This document shows positions 1-10,611 of a stretch of 64,000 nucleotides of DNA, in pieces. The number at the start of each line of letters is the position of its first letter. Position 1 is the stretch's first letter. A model generated the notes under the pieces. It had not been told where the DNA came from. It made no database searches and saw only the letters and a program-made list of their open reading frames with translations. The position numbers and the translations under genes were made by a program. Source of the DNA: an uncultured archaeon (GTDB lineage: Archaea > Thermoproteota > Nitrososphaeria > Nitrososphaerales > Gagatemarchaeaceae). The stretch covers positions 960,001-1,024,000 of the forward strand of contig CAWFOU010000007.1 of NCBI GenBank assembly GCA_963817525.1. Reading direction: 5' to 3'.

Positions 1-41
1 ACTTAGCACGGAACCTCGTTCGCTTTACGAGTAGAATAGGC

Positions 42-515
42 GTGCCTTCGCAGAGCTTCTCCGACGTAGACAAGCAGATACTGAAAGTCTTGCTCGCGCC
101 CAAAGGTAACGTCTCCTCCCGCGTGCTGGCTCAGCAGCTCGGTCTTCCTCGCAGCACAATCCACCGGAGGCGGAGCCGGCTGGAGAAGGATTGCCTCGAC
201 CTCAATTACTCTCTCAATCTGCGAAATCTAGGCTACAGGCGGGTTGACCTCCTCATCTACACGGAGCGAGGGGCGACCCAGGCCATCGCAAACGAGCTCT
301 TGCAGCGCGACGAAGTCGTCTACGTAGGCAGGTCGATCGGGGAGCACACCATCGACCTGAGGGCGGAGGTGATCGTCAAGGACAATTCAGAGCTTCTCGA
401 GCTCCTCGAGCTGGCGAAGGCCATGGACGACGTGAAGGACGTCATCTGGAGCGAGATCGTCGACGTCATGGGAACCAAGAGGTCGATACCCTCGGCGATC
501 ATCGACAGCCTCTGA
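42..515 (+). CDS. Lrp/AsnC-family transcriptional regulator
   Basis: N-terminal HTH (DKQILKVL..LAQQLGLPRSTIHRRRSRLE) plus RAM-like C-terminus; paralog of 41418-41897. Confidence 0.85.
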   Translation: MPSQSFSDVDKQILKVLLAPKGNVSSRVLAQQLGLPRSTIHRRRSRLEKDCLDLNYSLNLRNLGYRRVDLLIYTERGATQAIANELLQRDEVVYVGRSIGEHTIDLRAEVIVKDNSELLELLELAKAMDDVKDVIWSEIVDVMGTKRSIPSAIIDSL

Positions 516-752
516 GGCCGATTGTTGCGATTTGCCGTGCGAATGTTGATGAGACAACGAATCATTTCCCAGAATAACTAGAGCATTTTTCTAACGTGAT
601 TGGGTTTTTGCACGACTTTCACTGTGCACCAGAGCCTCTGCCCCATTTTCTCGTTGAATCTGACGGCACGGCTTTAGTAGTGAAGCATCGCATAAGATTG
701 TCGTGACAGGAAGCTCGAGGCAAACGGGTCGGCCGGAGGGGACGAGCCCGCG

Positions 753-1034
753 ATGAAGTACCGGGGCAGATTCGAGATTGCTTCGAGCATCCTCAAGGTC
801 GCCCTCGAGGGCAAGGCTTCCAAGAGAAAGCTGATGTACTCCTCGTTCCTCTCGTTCCCCCAGATAAACGAGTACATGGATTTCTTGCTGGCTAATGGGC
901 TCGTCATGGCAGACAAGGACAACCACGTGTACTCTCTCACGGAGAAAGGTATGCGCTTCCTTCACGCCTATGAAGACCTGAGCGAGTTGATACCGCTCAA
1001 GGAACCGATTCCAGCCTCGCAAGTAGCGATGTAG
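753..1034 (+). CDS. Small winged-helix protein (archaeal DUF4364/ArnR1-like)
   Basis: MKYRGRFEIASSIL..LMYSSFLSFPQINEYMDFL..YSLTEKG pattern; paralog of 42744-43031. Confidence 0.85.
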   Translation: MKYRGRFEIASSILKVALEGKASKRKLMYSSFLSFPQINEYMDFLLANGLVMADKDNHVYSLTEKGMRFLHAYEDLSELIPLKEPIPASQVAM

Positions 1035-1095
1035 ACTCGTAAAGCGCCTTTGTCGCTGCCGTCCGCGCCATCCTCTCGTGATTCCAGGTGAACGG

Positions 1096-1296
1096 CTACT
1101 TCGTCAGCTCGAAAGGTTGCTCTTGAGGGTGGGCTCTCTTCCACTGGTTGAACGCCTTGACCTTGCCCAATACGTTCGCCACATTGTCAGCGCACACAAG
1201 ATGAAGGCGAAAGCCCATGATGTCTATCCGATCCTTTCGGAGGATCTTGTTGCAAAATGAGCAGTCCACCCCGCCCTTCCCTGAAGAATGAACCAT
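1096..1296 (-). CDS. Putative small zinc-binding protein
   Basis: CSFC...HLVC (CxxC/HxxC) in a 66-aa ORF; no better overlapping ORF. Confidence 0.45.
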   Translation of the reverse strand: MVHSSGKGGVDCSFCNKILRKDRIDIMGFRLHLVCADNVANVLGKVKAFNQWKRAHPQEQPFELTK

Positions 1297-1591
1297 TATC
1301 GGTCATTCATGAGGAGTCGCTGCCGGTTAAAGGGCCTTGCGCATCTAAGTCCTGTAACGAAATCTCCTACTAAGGTTCCGTCATCATTCGAGAAGGCGCT
1401 TTCACGTTCGTGGCTCCCAGACTCGACGACTCTGTCTAGAGGCATCGACTAGTCGATGGCCCCAGAGTCATGATGCTCCCGCCCTAGGACTTCTCTAGCT
1501 GTGGAAGGCTCACATGTTCTCTAGCTCATCACATGCTAGACAACATCACTTACGCATATGCCGTTCCTGACCGTCGCTATTCCGACCGGAT

Positions 1592-3136
1592 TTGACAAAG
1601 ACAGAAAGGGGTATTCCGAAGAGAAGCATGATTGTGCTTGCTGTAACCGCCCTGCTCGTAGCAGGAATATTGGGGGCATACGGGACGCTGCAAAGCGCTT
1701 CCGCCGCGACGGCGCCAAGCCTCGGCGCTGCAGGATCTTTCGCGGTGCTTGCATATTCCGGGATCACTAACACCGGAACGACGACTATTACGGGTAATGT
1801 GGGATCATATCCTACTGTCTCTGAGACTGGATTCGGCACAGTGACGATCACTGGAACGAATTATCCTACCGGTGCACCATCATCGACGCAAACCGACCTC
1901 GCTGCGGCAATTACAGCAGCAGCGGGATACGCGCCCACCACAATACATACAGCTTTGGATGGCAAAACTCTGGTACCAGGCGTCTATACGGCTTCATCTA
2001 CGACTTTCACTCTGTCAGGAGGAGTTCTCACCTTGAACGGTGAAGGCGGTTCAACCGGGGTCTGGGTCTTCCAGGCACCAGACGCGATAGCGGGTGCGCT
2101 TTCTACCACGGAAGGTAGCAGCGTTGTCCTCGAGAACGGTGCAGATTCCTGCAACGTCTTCTGGGTGACAAGCGCAGGCGGAGCTACCATCGGCACGTCG
2201 AATACCTTCGTAGGGACGATACTGGCCTACTCGAGCGTCACACTCGGAACGAGCACTTCGCTCCAGGGAGCGGCCTTGGCAAACACCGGCGACGTGACGT
2301 TGGCAGGCAATACCATCTCAAACACTTGTATCACCTCGACGATAAGCTCTAGCTCATCCACGACGACATCCGCCTCTTCCACGAAGACGTCCACCTCAAC
2401 CACGACAATCTCCACTGGCACGACGACAGCCACCTCAACCACGACAATCTCCACCTCTTCCACGAAGACGTCCACCTCTGCCACGACGATCTCCACCTCA
2501 TCCACAGCAACCTCCACCTATTCCACGACAACCTCCACTAGCACGACGTCAAACAATTGTGTAAACCCTGCATCGCCAGTCACTCTGACGGTCAAGTCTG
2601 AGACGGCCAACGGCACTCCCCTCTATGGCTACTATGTGCTCTACAACTGCGTAGGCATCACGACTCAATCGACCGGCTTCACGACCGCGACCTTCGCTGT
2701 CGTACCGGGCATGAGCCACATTATCCTGGTCCTCGGCTACGGCTGCTACGCCTTCTCCCACTGGGCCGACACGGGCTCAGCGTCCCCGTACAGGACATTC
2801 TCGATAACGACCGCCACCACGTACACGGCGGTGTACGCGGACACATGCACGTCAACACCTTCGACTTCCTCGACCATCAATGTCAGCGCGGTCGACACCT
2901 CTGACCATGCGGTGACGGGCCTCTACACGACGCTGTGGCAGGGCGGGGTACTGCTCCAGACCTGCTTCGGTCCGTGCACCTTCACGGTCAGCAACGGACA
3001 GTCGTACCAAGTGCTCGTGGCGGACTATGGCAGCTACGTCTTCAGTCACTGGACTGACGGCACCACCACCCAGTCCCATACGGTGACCATCGGTGGCACA
3101 AGCACGACTATCAGCTTGACGGCAGTCTTCTCCTAG
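1592..3136 (+). CDS. Secreted ice-binding-like (DUF3494) protein with Thr/Ser linker and two C-terminal repeat domains
   Basis: Signal peptide; LGAAGSFAVLA, ITNTGTTTITGNVG, TLVPGVY, VWVFQ, NVFW, FVGTILA motifs of DUF3494. Confidence 0.88.
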   Translation: MTKTERGIPKRSMIVLAVTALLVAGILGAYGTLQSASAATAPSLGAAGSFAVLAYSGITNTGTTTITGNVGSYPTVSETGFGTVTITGTNYPTGAPSSTQTDLAAAITAAAGYAPTTIHTALDGKTLVPGVYTASSTTFTLSGGVLTLNGEGGSTGVWVFQAPDAIAGALSTTEGSSVVLENGADSCNVFWVTSAGGATIGTSNTFVGTILAYSSVTLGTSTSLQGAALANTGDVTLAGNTISNTCITSTISSSSSTTTSASSTKTSTSTTTISTGTTTATSTTTISTSSTKTSTSATTISTSSTATSTYSTTTSTSTTSNNCVNPASPVTLTVKSETANGTPLYGYYVLYNCVGITTQSTGFTTATFAVVPGMSHIILVLGYGCYAFSHWADTGSASPYRTFSITTATTYTAVYADTCTSTPSTSSTINVSAVDTSDHAVTGLYTTLWQGGVLLQTCFGPCTFTVSNGQSYQVLVADYGSYVFSHWTDGTTTQSHTVTIGGTSTTISLTAVFS

Positions 3137-3160
3137 TCGAATGGCGCAGTGGGCGGAGCA

Positions 3161-4071
3161 TCAGCTTCGCCCGCGCCCTGACTTTCGGCTGCCACCGCTC
3201 CTAGTCTTGTGGCCACGCTTGGTTGCGGGGCGACGTCGAGCCACAGCGTCAGTGCGGTCTCCAGGGGGGCCGTTCAGGGCATCCACGATTCCCCGGAGCT
3301 CCGAAAGGTCACTAATGACAAAGTCAGGCTTCGCCTCCGGCCCGGACGCCCCAGCGTAGGTCGCCCACCCCTCCGGCTGCTCGCCGTCGTCGATGAGCAC
3401 GGCGCCCAGTCCGGCCTTCCGGGCGCCCACGATGTCGTGCCTAGGCGAATCCCCGACGAATATCGCGTGCTCCTTCTCGACCCTCAGCGCCCTCAGCGAC
3501 CTCTCGAAGATCACCGAGTTCGGCTTCCTCACGCCCTCCCTCTCGGAGGCGAGGACGACCTCGAAGTGGGAGTGGATTCCCGACTCCTCCAGGTGGGCCA
3601 CGAGGGACTCGTAGCTGTGATGGTTGGAGACCACTCCCATCCTCAGGCCGGCGGCCTTGAGCTCGCCCAGGGCGCGGTGGGCGCTCTCCCTGAGCGGATA
3701 GTTCCTCGTCACCGCGAACCAGAACGCGTCGTTCGCCTCCGTCGCCAGCCTCGCCCTCCCGGTGTCAGGGAGTGCGGGGAACAGGGCGTCCACTATGTCT
3801 CGAAACTTGACCCTGTCAGCGATGTCCCTGTCCTCCTCGGCCTCGATCTTGGAGTACTTCTGAAAGGTCAAGTCCCCAAGCTCGACGAACTCGTCGAGGG
3901 TCGCCTTCAGCCCGCCCCTCTTCAGCAGGAGGTATGCCGAGGCCAGGCCCTTGGCCCTGACCTCTGACCAGGACTTGTTGGCCTTGAACAGCGTCCCCCC
4001 GTAGTCGAATAGGACGACCTCTATCTCCCGTCTCTCCCCTTGCGCGGAGGGAGGGCCGCGGCGTCCTGCAT
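3161..4071 (-). CDS. HAD-family hydrolase (5' end frameshifted or non-canonical start)
   Basis: Motif I FDYGGT (~4010) is in frame with VVSN, RKPN and FVGDSPRHDIVGA; there is no in-frame ATG/GTG/TTG before it, and the ATG at 4071 is one base out of frame. Confidence 0.75.
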
Positions 4072-4239
4072 GACCAGGCGGCTTTGAGTGCCCTATCGTG
4101 CCTACACCTTCCCTTACTCTCCGGTCTTCCCCGGCTTATAATTCTGACACGCCGCTCACAGGCCGACGGCCGTCGAACGCTAGGGAGGATGAGCGTTGGT
4201 TCACCCCGCCAAAAAACAAGTTGACTCGACCGATTTATT

Positions 4240-4983
4240 ATGCGTCCCCTCGCAGCGCTGCGCGTGCCTACTCCGGCCCACATCCTCGCCAGGCCCGGAG
4301 ACATCGCCGACGTGGCCGTCATATCGGGCGACCCTGCGAGGATAGAGCAGCTCTCCAAGATGCTCCGGGACCCGAAGCTGGTCAACACCAACAGGGGCTT
4401 CACGACCTACACGGGCTACTACGACGACAAGAGGATCACGCTCTCCACCCACGGGATAGGCGGGCCCTCGACTGCGATCGTCGTCGAGGAGCTGCACATG
4501 CTGGGCGCCAAGGCCATCGTCAGGTTCGGGACCGCCGGAGGCCTGGTGAGCGGCCTGGGGATCGGCGACTTTGTGGTCCCGACCGGCGCGGCGTATCCCC
4601 AGGGCTCGCTCATGGAATACTTCGAGGACGGCTCCCTCCCTGCCGTCCCGGACTTTGGACTGGCCCAGGCGCTGATAGAGTCGTGCAACAGGGCGGGCCT
4701 GAAGCACCGCGAGGGGCTGGTCTACTCCAGCGACGCGTTCTACTCGCAGGACTTTGTGTCGCTCGAGCCGTGGGTCAGCAGGGGGGTCATCGCGGTCGAG
4801 ATGGAGTGCGCCACGCTCTTCACGCTGGGCCTGCTCAGGAGCTTCAAGACGGCCGCCCTGCTGATGCTCAGCAACAGCCTCGTCAACAAGTCGGAGGCTG
4901 ACCTCGCGCAGGCCGAGAAGCTCAGGCCTTTCGCCGCCAAGGGGGCCGCCGCGATATTCGAGGCGGTCACCCGCCTCCCCTAG
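4240..4983 (+). CDS. Purine nucleoside/uridine phosphorylase (PNP_UDP family)
   Basis: GDPAR, HGIGGPS, RFGTAGG, SSDAFY and VEMECA motifs. Confidence 0.92.
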   Translation: MRPLAALRVPTPAHILARPGDIADVAVISGDPARIEQLSKMLRDPKLVNTNRGFTTYTGYYDDKRITLSTHGIGGPSTAIVVEELHMLGAKAIVRFGTAGGLVSGLGIGDFVVPTGAAYPQGSLMEYFEDGSLPAVPDFGLAQALIESCNRAGLKHREGLVYSSDAFYSQDFVSLEPWVSRGVIAVEMECATLFTLGLLRSFKTAALLMLSNSLVNKSEADLAQAEKLRPFAAKGAAAIFEAVTRLP

Positions 4984-4998
4984 GACGGCGCCCGAGCC

Positions 4999-5634
4999 TC
5001 AACCCTTGGCCTCGAGGTCCTTCATTACCTCTGCATACCCGACCACCCTCCCAGACGCGTCCTTGACCTCGGAGAGGTCCGTCCTGTATCGGGTCCTGTA
5101 GCAGTCTCCCGACTTTACGATCTGGAAGGTCTCGTAGGCCGCGTTGACCCGGCGCTTGTACTCGTCCTTCACGTCGGTGAGGACGCCGACAACCCCGTCC
5201 GCAGGCCAGCCCTCGCCCTCCGTCGCGTGGACGTCCATCGCTGACCTCTCGAGGGCCCCCACCGTCTGGGCGTAGACCCAGTACCTGAACTCCTCCTTCC
5301 ATACCCCCTTCTGCGCCATCTTCTCCGGGACAAGCTGGATGAGCTGCGTGAGCGCGTAGTTCAGCCGCCCGAGCCACGCGCCCCTCTCTCGGGACGCCCC
5401 GCCTTCGCCGAATATCTCGACCGCGAGGCTCCTCGTGCGGCCCGGAGCCCCCGCCTTCCTCCCCCTCTCTAGCTGGAGGACGGCCTTCGAGATGGCCACG
5501 AACGCCTCCCTGTAGTGCACCGAGACCTCGGTGTCCTTGTTCTCCTCCCGGCCGAGGGCTCGGCTTACCTCCTCAGCGAGGGCCTCCACCTTGTCGTCGA
5601 TCGCGGGCCTCTCGTCCGCAGAAATGTAGGGCAT
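4999..5634 (-). CDS. Hypothetical protein
   Basis: ATG-started 211-aa ORF with host codon bias (MPYI...GRLNYALTQL...DEYKRRVNAAYE). Confidence 0.75.
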   Translation of the reverse strand: MPYISADERPAIDDKVEALAEEVSRALGREENKDTEVSVHYREAFVAISKAVLQLERGRKAGAPGRTRSLAVEIFGEGGASRERGAWLGRLNYALTQLIQLVPEKMAQKGVWKEEFRYWVYAQTVGALERSAMDVHATEGEGWPADGVVGVLTDVKDEYKRRVNAAYETFQIVKSGDCYRTRYRTDLSEVKDASGRVVGYAEVMKDLEAKG

Positions 5635-5662
5635 GCCAGAGGCTATGCCGCCTGATTATTTA

Positions 5663-6211
5663 TCACCGAGGCTCGGAGCCAGGATGCGAAGGCCCGCCGC
5701 CCCTCTCGATCCCGAGCCTGCGGATGACGTAGCCCGCCGCCTGCTCCGGGGTCCCTCTGTCGGTGTGGACGAAGACGGCCCTCCGGGGCCTCTCGAAGGA
5801 GGCGCTGAGCCGGTCGAACGACTCGTCGGGGACGGTCGTCTCGCGATGAGAGTTCCTCACCCGAGCCACCTCCGGGTCGCAGAGGACGCAGACGACGTCC
5901 GAGGAGGAGCAGTACCTCGCCAGCTTCCCCTCAGCCTCGGCCCTGTACTCGTCCCTCAGGAAGGTCCCGTCGAGTATCGCGTCGTACCCGCTCTTGAGTG
6001 CCTGCCGCCCCACCAGGAACGCCGACTCGTATACGAACTTGGCCTCGGCCCACGTATACTCGGGCGCGGGGATCATGAACCTCAAGGCGTCGGTTTGGAC
6101 GTGCACCGCCCGCCCGAGGGCGGCCGCCACCATCCGGGCGATGGTCGTCTTCCCGCTGCCGGGTATGCCGCAGAAGATCAAGAGGCGACCCTTCGTCTTC
6201 GTGTCCTCCAA
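5663..6211 (-). CDS. P-loop kinase (AAA_33-like)
   Basis: CGIPGSGKTT Walker A and ILDGTF; TTG start at 6211. Confidence 0.85.
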   Translation of the reverse strand: MEDTKTKGRLLIFCGIPGSGKTTIARMVAAALGRAVHVQTDALRFMIPAPEYTWAEAKFVYESAFLVGRQALKSGYDAILDGTFLRDEYRAEAEGKLARYCSSSDVVCVLCDPEVARVRNSHRETTVPDESFDRLSASFERPRRAVFVHTDRGTPEQAAGYVIRRLGIERGGGPSHPGSEPR

Positions 6212-6289
6212 CGACTCGTCGCCAGTATTAAACCGTCGGCCGGCCACGTGTCCGAACGGCCTTATAGGGCCGCGGGTCGCGTCGGCGGG

Positions 6290-6814
6290 TTGGAGCGGTT
6301 TCGCTACATCGGCTGGCCCGAGTACGGGCGGCTTTTGGAGAAGCTCGCCAAGCTGGTGGCCTCCGATGGGAAAGGGTTCGACCTCGTCATCGGGATCGCC
6401 AGGGGAGGCCTGCCCGTCGCGATGGTGGTCTCGGACCGCCTCGGGGCGAAGGTCGATTTCATCAACGTAAAGTCCTACAGCGGCCTGGGGGCGAGGGGAA
6501 AGCCGAAGATCCTCTCGACCATAACCGAGCAGATCCGGGGCGAGCGCATCCTCCTGGTGGACGACATCGTGGACGAGGGCCACACCCTCGTTACGGTGAC
6601 CGACTACCTCACGACGAAGGAGCCCGCCTCGATAAAGACCGCGGCGCTTTTCACCAAGCCCTGGAGCGTGGTCCACCCGGACTTCTCACTGGGCGTCCTG
6701 GACGCCTGGGTGGTCTTCCCCTACGAGCGGGGAGAGGTCAGGAGGCTCAGGGCGAGCGAGGGCAAGCGCCAGGCGCCCCAGACGAGGAGCGCCTCCACAC
6801 CGACCGCCGCCTAG
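6290..6814 (+). CDS. Type I phosphoribosyltransferase (purine PRTase-like)
   Basis: IGIARGG and [17 protein letters not shown] motif, WVVFPYE; TTG start at 6290. Confidence 0.9.
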   Translation: MERFRYIGWPEYGRLLEKLAKLVASDGKGFDLVIGIARGGLPVAMVVSDRLGAKVDFINVKSYSGLGARGKPKILSTITEQIRGERILLVDDIVDEGHTLVTVTDYLTTKEPASIKTAALFTKPWSVVHPDFSLGVLDAWVVFPYERGEVRRLRASEGKRQAPQTRSASTPTAA

Positions 6815-8289
6815 GGTGGGCCGGGGGCACGCCGCGCGCCGCTCCTCCAGCGCATTGCGACCACCGCTCCGGCGACGACCACCACCGCGGCCACCGCTAC
6901 CAGGATCTCCGCGTACTCGTAGCTGTTGGTAGAAGGCTGGGCGAGGGGCTTCCCGGGCAGCCCCTGGGGCAGGGGGCCGAAGACCGTCCCGTTCGGGTAC
7001 GTCAGGGGGTACTGGTTGGCGACGAAAGGCCCGGGCAGGACGAGCGGGGCTCTGGGCGTCTGGCTAAAGTCGAAAGCGCCGGAGAGGTCGTTAGCGTGGG
7101 CGTCGCGCGAGGTGAGCGAGGGGAGTCCAAAGTCCGTCTCGATGAACTTGAGGATTGAGGTGAAGTCGCCCTGCGTGTTGTCGACGTACCCCTGCCTCGC
7201 GTAGGGCGAGATCACGATCAACGGGACCCTGAACCCGTAGCCATATTGGTCCACCTGCGGTGGCGGGACGTTGTCGTAGAACCCTCCCCAGTCGTCCCAC
7301 GTGAGGAAGATCGCGGTCGAGTTCCAGTACTGGCTCTTCATGACCGCATTGATCTCGGTGACGACGGTCTGCTCTCCCTGGGTGACGTTCGCCGGTGGCT
7401 CCTCGCTCGTCAGGTCGCTGTCTGGCATGACCCAGGAGACGCTGGGCAGGCTCCCGTTCTTGAGGTCGTTGATGAACTGGCCCGTCTCCCAGATGTTCTG
7501 CACGAGCGAGTCGTTGTTCTCGACGTACGGGAAAGCGGGTAGCGGGTTCCAATTGTTCAAGAATCCCGAGTCGCCCGCATAGTAGCGCCACGAGACGTGG
7601 GCCGCCACTAGCTCGTTGATGACTGACCTGAACGTAAAGTCGTCCGCCTTGACCGTGCTCGAGTTGAAGTTGAACACCCCATTCCTAGAGTCTAGCACGA
7701 GGCCTCCCGACTGCCCCGCCATGAGGTAGAGGTGGTTGGGAAGGCTGGGGCCCATGACCGAGCTGAAGAAGTCGTCAAAGAGGACGTACTGAGCCGCATA
7801 GTCCCAGTAGTAGGGGATGAGGTGGTAGTCGTAGTACCCCATGGAGACGTCCGACCCGTTCTGCGCGGCGATGAAGCCGTTCATGCCCCCGTCATCGTAC
7901 GCCTCGTGGGCGGCGGTCCAGCTGTTGTTGAGGTTCGCCTGGAGGACGGCGCTGGTGAAGAGGTACGGCTTCACCGCCGGAGGCCCTCCGGGCTTGTCGG
8001 GCACCGCCGTGTCATTGTAGAGGCCGTTGACCCCCGGATAGGTCCCGAAGTAGTTGTCGAAGGTGTGGTTCTCCTGGACGATTACGATCACGTGCTTGAT
8101 GGGGGTCGCTGCCGTTCCAGCCGTCGCGGCGCTTGCCGAGTGCGGGAGCGCCGATATGATGAGCAATGAGGCGACAATGGCCGCGCCGAGGCCAAGCTTC
8201 ATGCCGTGCCTGACTCCTCTCAATCGACGGCTACTCGCCCGCATCGCCGGATTCTGTTTTTTGAACCTTGCGGCCTTTCCCCGATTCAT
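6811..8289 (-). CDS. Secreted phosphoesterase (phospholipase C/acid phosphatase family) with C-terminal membrane anchor
   Basis: [37 protein letters not shown] and GFRVP motifs; C-terminal TM plus basic tail. Confidence 0.92.
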   Translation of the reverse strand: MNRGKAARFKKQNPAMRASSRRLRGVRHGMKLGLGAAIVASLLIISALPHSASAATAGTAATPIKHVIVIVQENHTFDNYFGTYPGVNGLYNDTAVPDKPGGPPAVKPYLFTSAVLQANLNNSWTAAHEAYDDGGMNGFIAAQNGSDVSMGYYDYHLIPYYWDYAAQYVLFDDFFSSVMGPSLPNHLYLMAGQSGGLVLDSRNGVFNFNSSTVKADDFTFRSVINELVAAHVSWRYYAGDSGFLNNWNPLPAFPYVENNDSLVQNIWETGQFINDLKNGSLPSVSWVMPDSDLTSEEPPANVTQGEQTVVTEINAVMKSQYWNSTAIFLTWDDWGGFYDNVPPPQVDQYGYGFRVPLIVISPYARQGYVDNTQGDFTSILKFIETDFGLPSLTSRDAHANDLSGAFDFSQTPRAPLVLPGPFVANQYPLTYPNGTVFGPLPQGLPGKPLAQPSTNSYEYAEILVAVAAVVVVAGAVVAMRWRSGARRAPGPP

Positions 8290-8353
8290 CTCCGTCCAGA
8301 ATTAGCACGAGCGCGTTTCAAAAGTTAAATAACAATTTGACGTCGAAAAGACG

Positions 8354-9967
8354 TTGGCCGAGGGGAAGCGGGAGGAAGCTTCGCCGGCACCAACGATGTT
8401 TGTCCGGGAGGCCACCGGCCTCGTGAAGCAGGCCTCATTCCTTGACTCTCTCAGCCTGAACATCAGCAACATGTCCGCGGGGGCCGCCCTCGGGACCATT
8501 GGGTTCACAATGATCGCCGTGGACGTCAGCGGGGTCAACCTCGCCTACGGTGCCCTCATCGCCTTCGCGCTCTCCATCCCGGAAATAGTAGTCTACACCA
8601 TGATGAGCAGGCGCATGCCCAGGACGGGCGGGGACTACGTGTGGGTCTCCAGGGCCCTCGGCGGGTTCTGGGGGAGCTCGCTCTCGTTCATGGGCTACAC
8701 GCTCGAGACCCTCGCGTTCCTCGCGCTCATCGTCCTCTCGTTCGTCGTCGCAGTCGGCTCGGTCGGCGTCTTCCTCACTAACGGGGCCGGCTCGTGGCTC
8801 AACCTGGCCGTGCCGGGGGCCGCGCCCCTCGAACAGTTCGCGGTCGGCATCGTCCTCTTCGCGGCGCTGATAGGTGTGAACGTAGTGAAGCCGCGCATAG
8901 GGTTCAAGCTGGTCTCAACGCTGACCGTGATCAGCGTCGTCATACTCCTGATAGCCGTGTTCACGCTCTTGGCGAACGGCCACCAGGGCGTGGTCAACTA
9001 CATGAGCTCGGTGAACGCCTCCGAGCCCTTCGTCGTCCCCAACGTCCACTCGGGGAACCTGACCTACTCGCAGGTCTCGAGCACGTACCAGGGGTCGAGC
9101 TTCTCCTTCGGCCCCACCCTGCTCATCTTGCCCTTCTTCGCGATATTCGTCTTCCCCTGGCTGAACGCGGCCCCCGCGGTCGCGTCGGAGATCAAGGGGA
9201 AGTCCGCCATAAAGTGGAACATCCCCGTATCCGCAGCCATAGTCCTGGTCTTGATAGCCGGGGCCTTCGAGGCGATGTACTACGCGGGAGGGGTGCCCTT
9301 CATCAATGCCGCGCTCCACAACCCCGACCTCGTCGTCTACTACTCCTTTAACTTCTGGACGCTCGCGATGGGGGTGACCACCAGCGTCCCCCTCCAGTAC
9401 ATCATCGGCATAGGGTGGATACTGTGGGAGGTGGCAGTCCTCGCCTACGGGATAATCGTCTTCTCCAGGTACATCTTCGCCTACGCCTTTGACAGGTTCC
9501 TCCCGACCAGCTTCGCAAACCTCAGCCGCTTCGGCTCGCCGCTGACGGCCCACCTCCTCGACCTGCTGGTCACCATCGGGCTCGTCGCTGCGTTCGCCTC
9601 CTTCTACGGGAGCCTGTCCGCGCTCTATGCCGCCGTGATCGCCGCGATGATCTACTTCTTCTTCGTCGGAATCTCCGCTGTCGTCTACGCCAACAAGCAC
9701 GAGAAGGGGAGCTCGAAGGGGACGCTCTCGATAGCCGGGGTGCTCATGTCGCTCGTCTTCCTCTTCATCATCTACGAGTTCATCGCCAACCCGACGGTCT
9801 GGGGGACGTCAGCGACGGTGGCGGGGATACCCGGGACCGACTTTGCGTACGCCTATGCCGCAGGCTCCTTCGTCGCCGGGGCGATCATCTACCTCGTGTC
9901 CAAGTCCTACTACGGCAAGCGCGGCATCGACATCGGGATAGCCTACAAGGAAATCCCGCCCGACTGA
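8354..9967 (+). CDS. APC-family amino acid permease
   Basis: FVREATGLVK start, MPRTGGDYVWVSRAL, ~12 TM segments, YKEIPPD end. Confidence 0.92.
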   Translation: MAEGKREEASPAPTMFVREATGLVKQASFLDSLSLNISNMSAGAALGTIGFTMIAVDVSGVNLAYGALIAFALSIPEIVVYTMMSRRMPRTGGDYVWVSRALGGFWGSSLSFMGYTLETLAFLALIVLSFVVAVGSVGVFLTNGAGSWLNLAVPGAAPLEQFAVGIVLFAALIGVNVVKPRIGFKLVSTLTVISVVILLIAVFTLLANGHQGVVNYMSSVNASEPFVVPNVHSGNLTYSQVSSTYQGSSFSFGPTLLILPFFAIFVFPWLNAAPAVASEIKGKSAIKWNIPVSAAIVLVLIAGAFEAMYYAGGVPFINAALHNPDLVVYYSFNFWTLAMGVTTSVPLQYIIGIGWILWEVAVLAYGIIVFSRYIFAYAFDRFLPTSFANLSRFGSPLTAHLLDLLVTIGLVAAFASFYGSLSALYAAVIAAMIYFFFVGISAVVYANKHEKGSSKGTLSIAGVLMSLVFLFIIYEFIANPTVWGTSATVAGIPGTDFAYAYAAGSFVAGAIIYLVSKSYYGKRGIDIGIAYKEIPPD

Positions 9968-10083
9968 GCGACGAGTCCAAGCATGGAGATCACGAGGCCA
10001 AATCCCAGAGTTCTCAGCCCGAGCGATGCGGCGACAGTTTATTCCTCGCCCCGCTTCGGCAAACAACCTTTCGGGTATTCGCC

Positions 10084-10611
10084 CTAAACAGGCTCCACGG
10101 TTCGAAGCAACTGCAGCAATGAGAAAGGCTTTTGCAGAAACGAGAACCCCAAGGCCTTGGCCTCGTGCCTGACAGAGTCATCAGCTGTCGTGATGATTAC
10201 CTTCACATTGGGCCTCAACGCCGTTATTAGTTTGGCGACCTCGATGCCGTTTTTCCCTGGCAAGCGGAAGTCCATTATCACCACATCCGGGGGTGCACTT
10301 CCTTCAGAGACCGCCCGCACAAAATCTTCGCCGTTGAGAAATGTCGATATCCAGTCATATCCGAGACCCTCGAGGAAGGTCAAGTACACTGTGAGCAAAT
10401 CCTGTTCGTCTTCGACTATCGATATCCTAGTCTCTTGCCTGGTTCGGCTCGCACCCTTCACTTTTCCGGGGGGTGTGGATTGGAGGTCGTGCGCTCGAAG
10501 GAACGGGCCATCCACCACGTGGTGCGAGGCCGGGTCGCCTTGGTAGAGCAAAGAAGAGGCGGTTTTTCTTTCCCCAGAGGGAATCTGGATCGTTATTTCC
10601 TCGGTAGCCAT
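10084..10611 (-). CDS. Response regulator receiver protein
   Basis: IVEDE, PDVVIMDFRLPGKNG, FLQKPF; overlaps the end of the kinase. Confidence 0.9.
   Translation of the reverse strand: MATEEITIQIPSGERKTASSLLYQGDPASHHVVDGPFLRAHDLQSTPPGKVKGASRTRQETRISIVEDEQDLLTVYLTFLEGLGYDWISTFLNGEDFVRAVSEGSAPPDVVIMDFRLPGKNGIEVAKLITALRPNVKVIITTADDSVRHEAKALGFSFLQKPFSLLQLLRTVEPV

Noticed and set aside
2340-2550. Tandem DNA repeats in the ice-binding gene
   Set aside because: Explained by the Thr/Ser linker coding sequence
5633-6289. Long N-terminal extensions of the PRTase and kinase ORFs
   Set aside because: Each extension is the antisense of the other gene; real starts are likely 6290 and 6211
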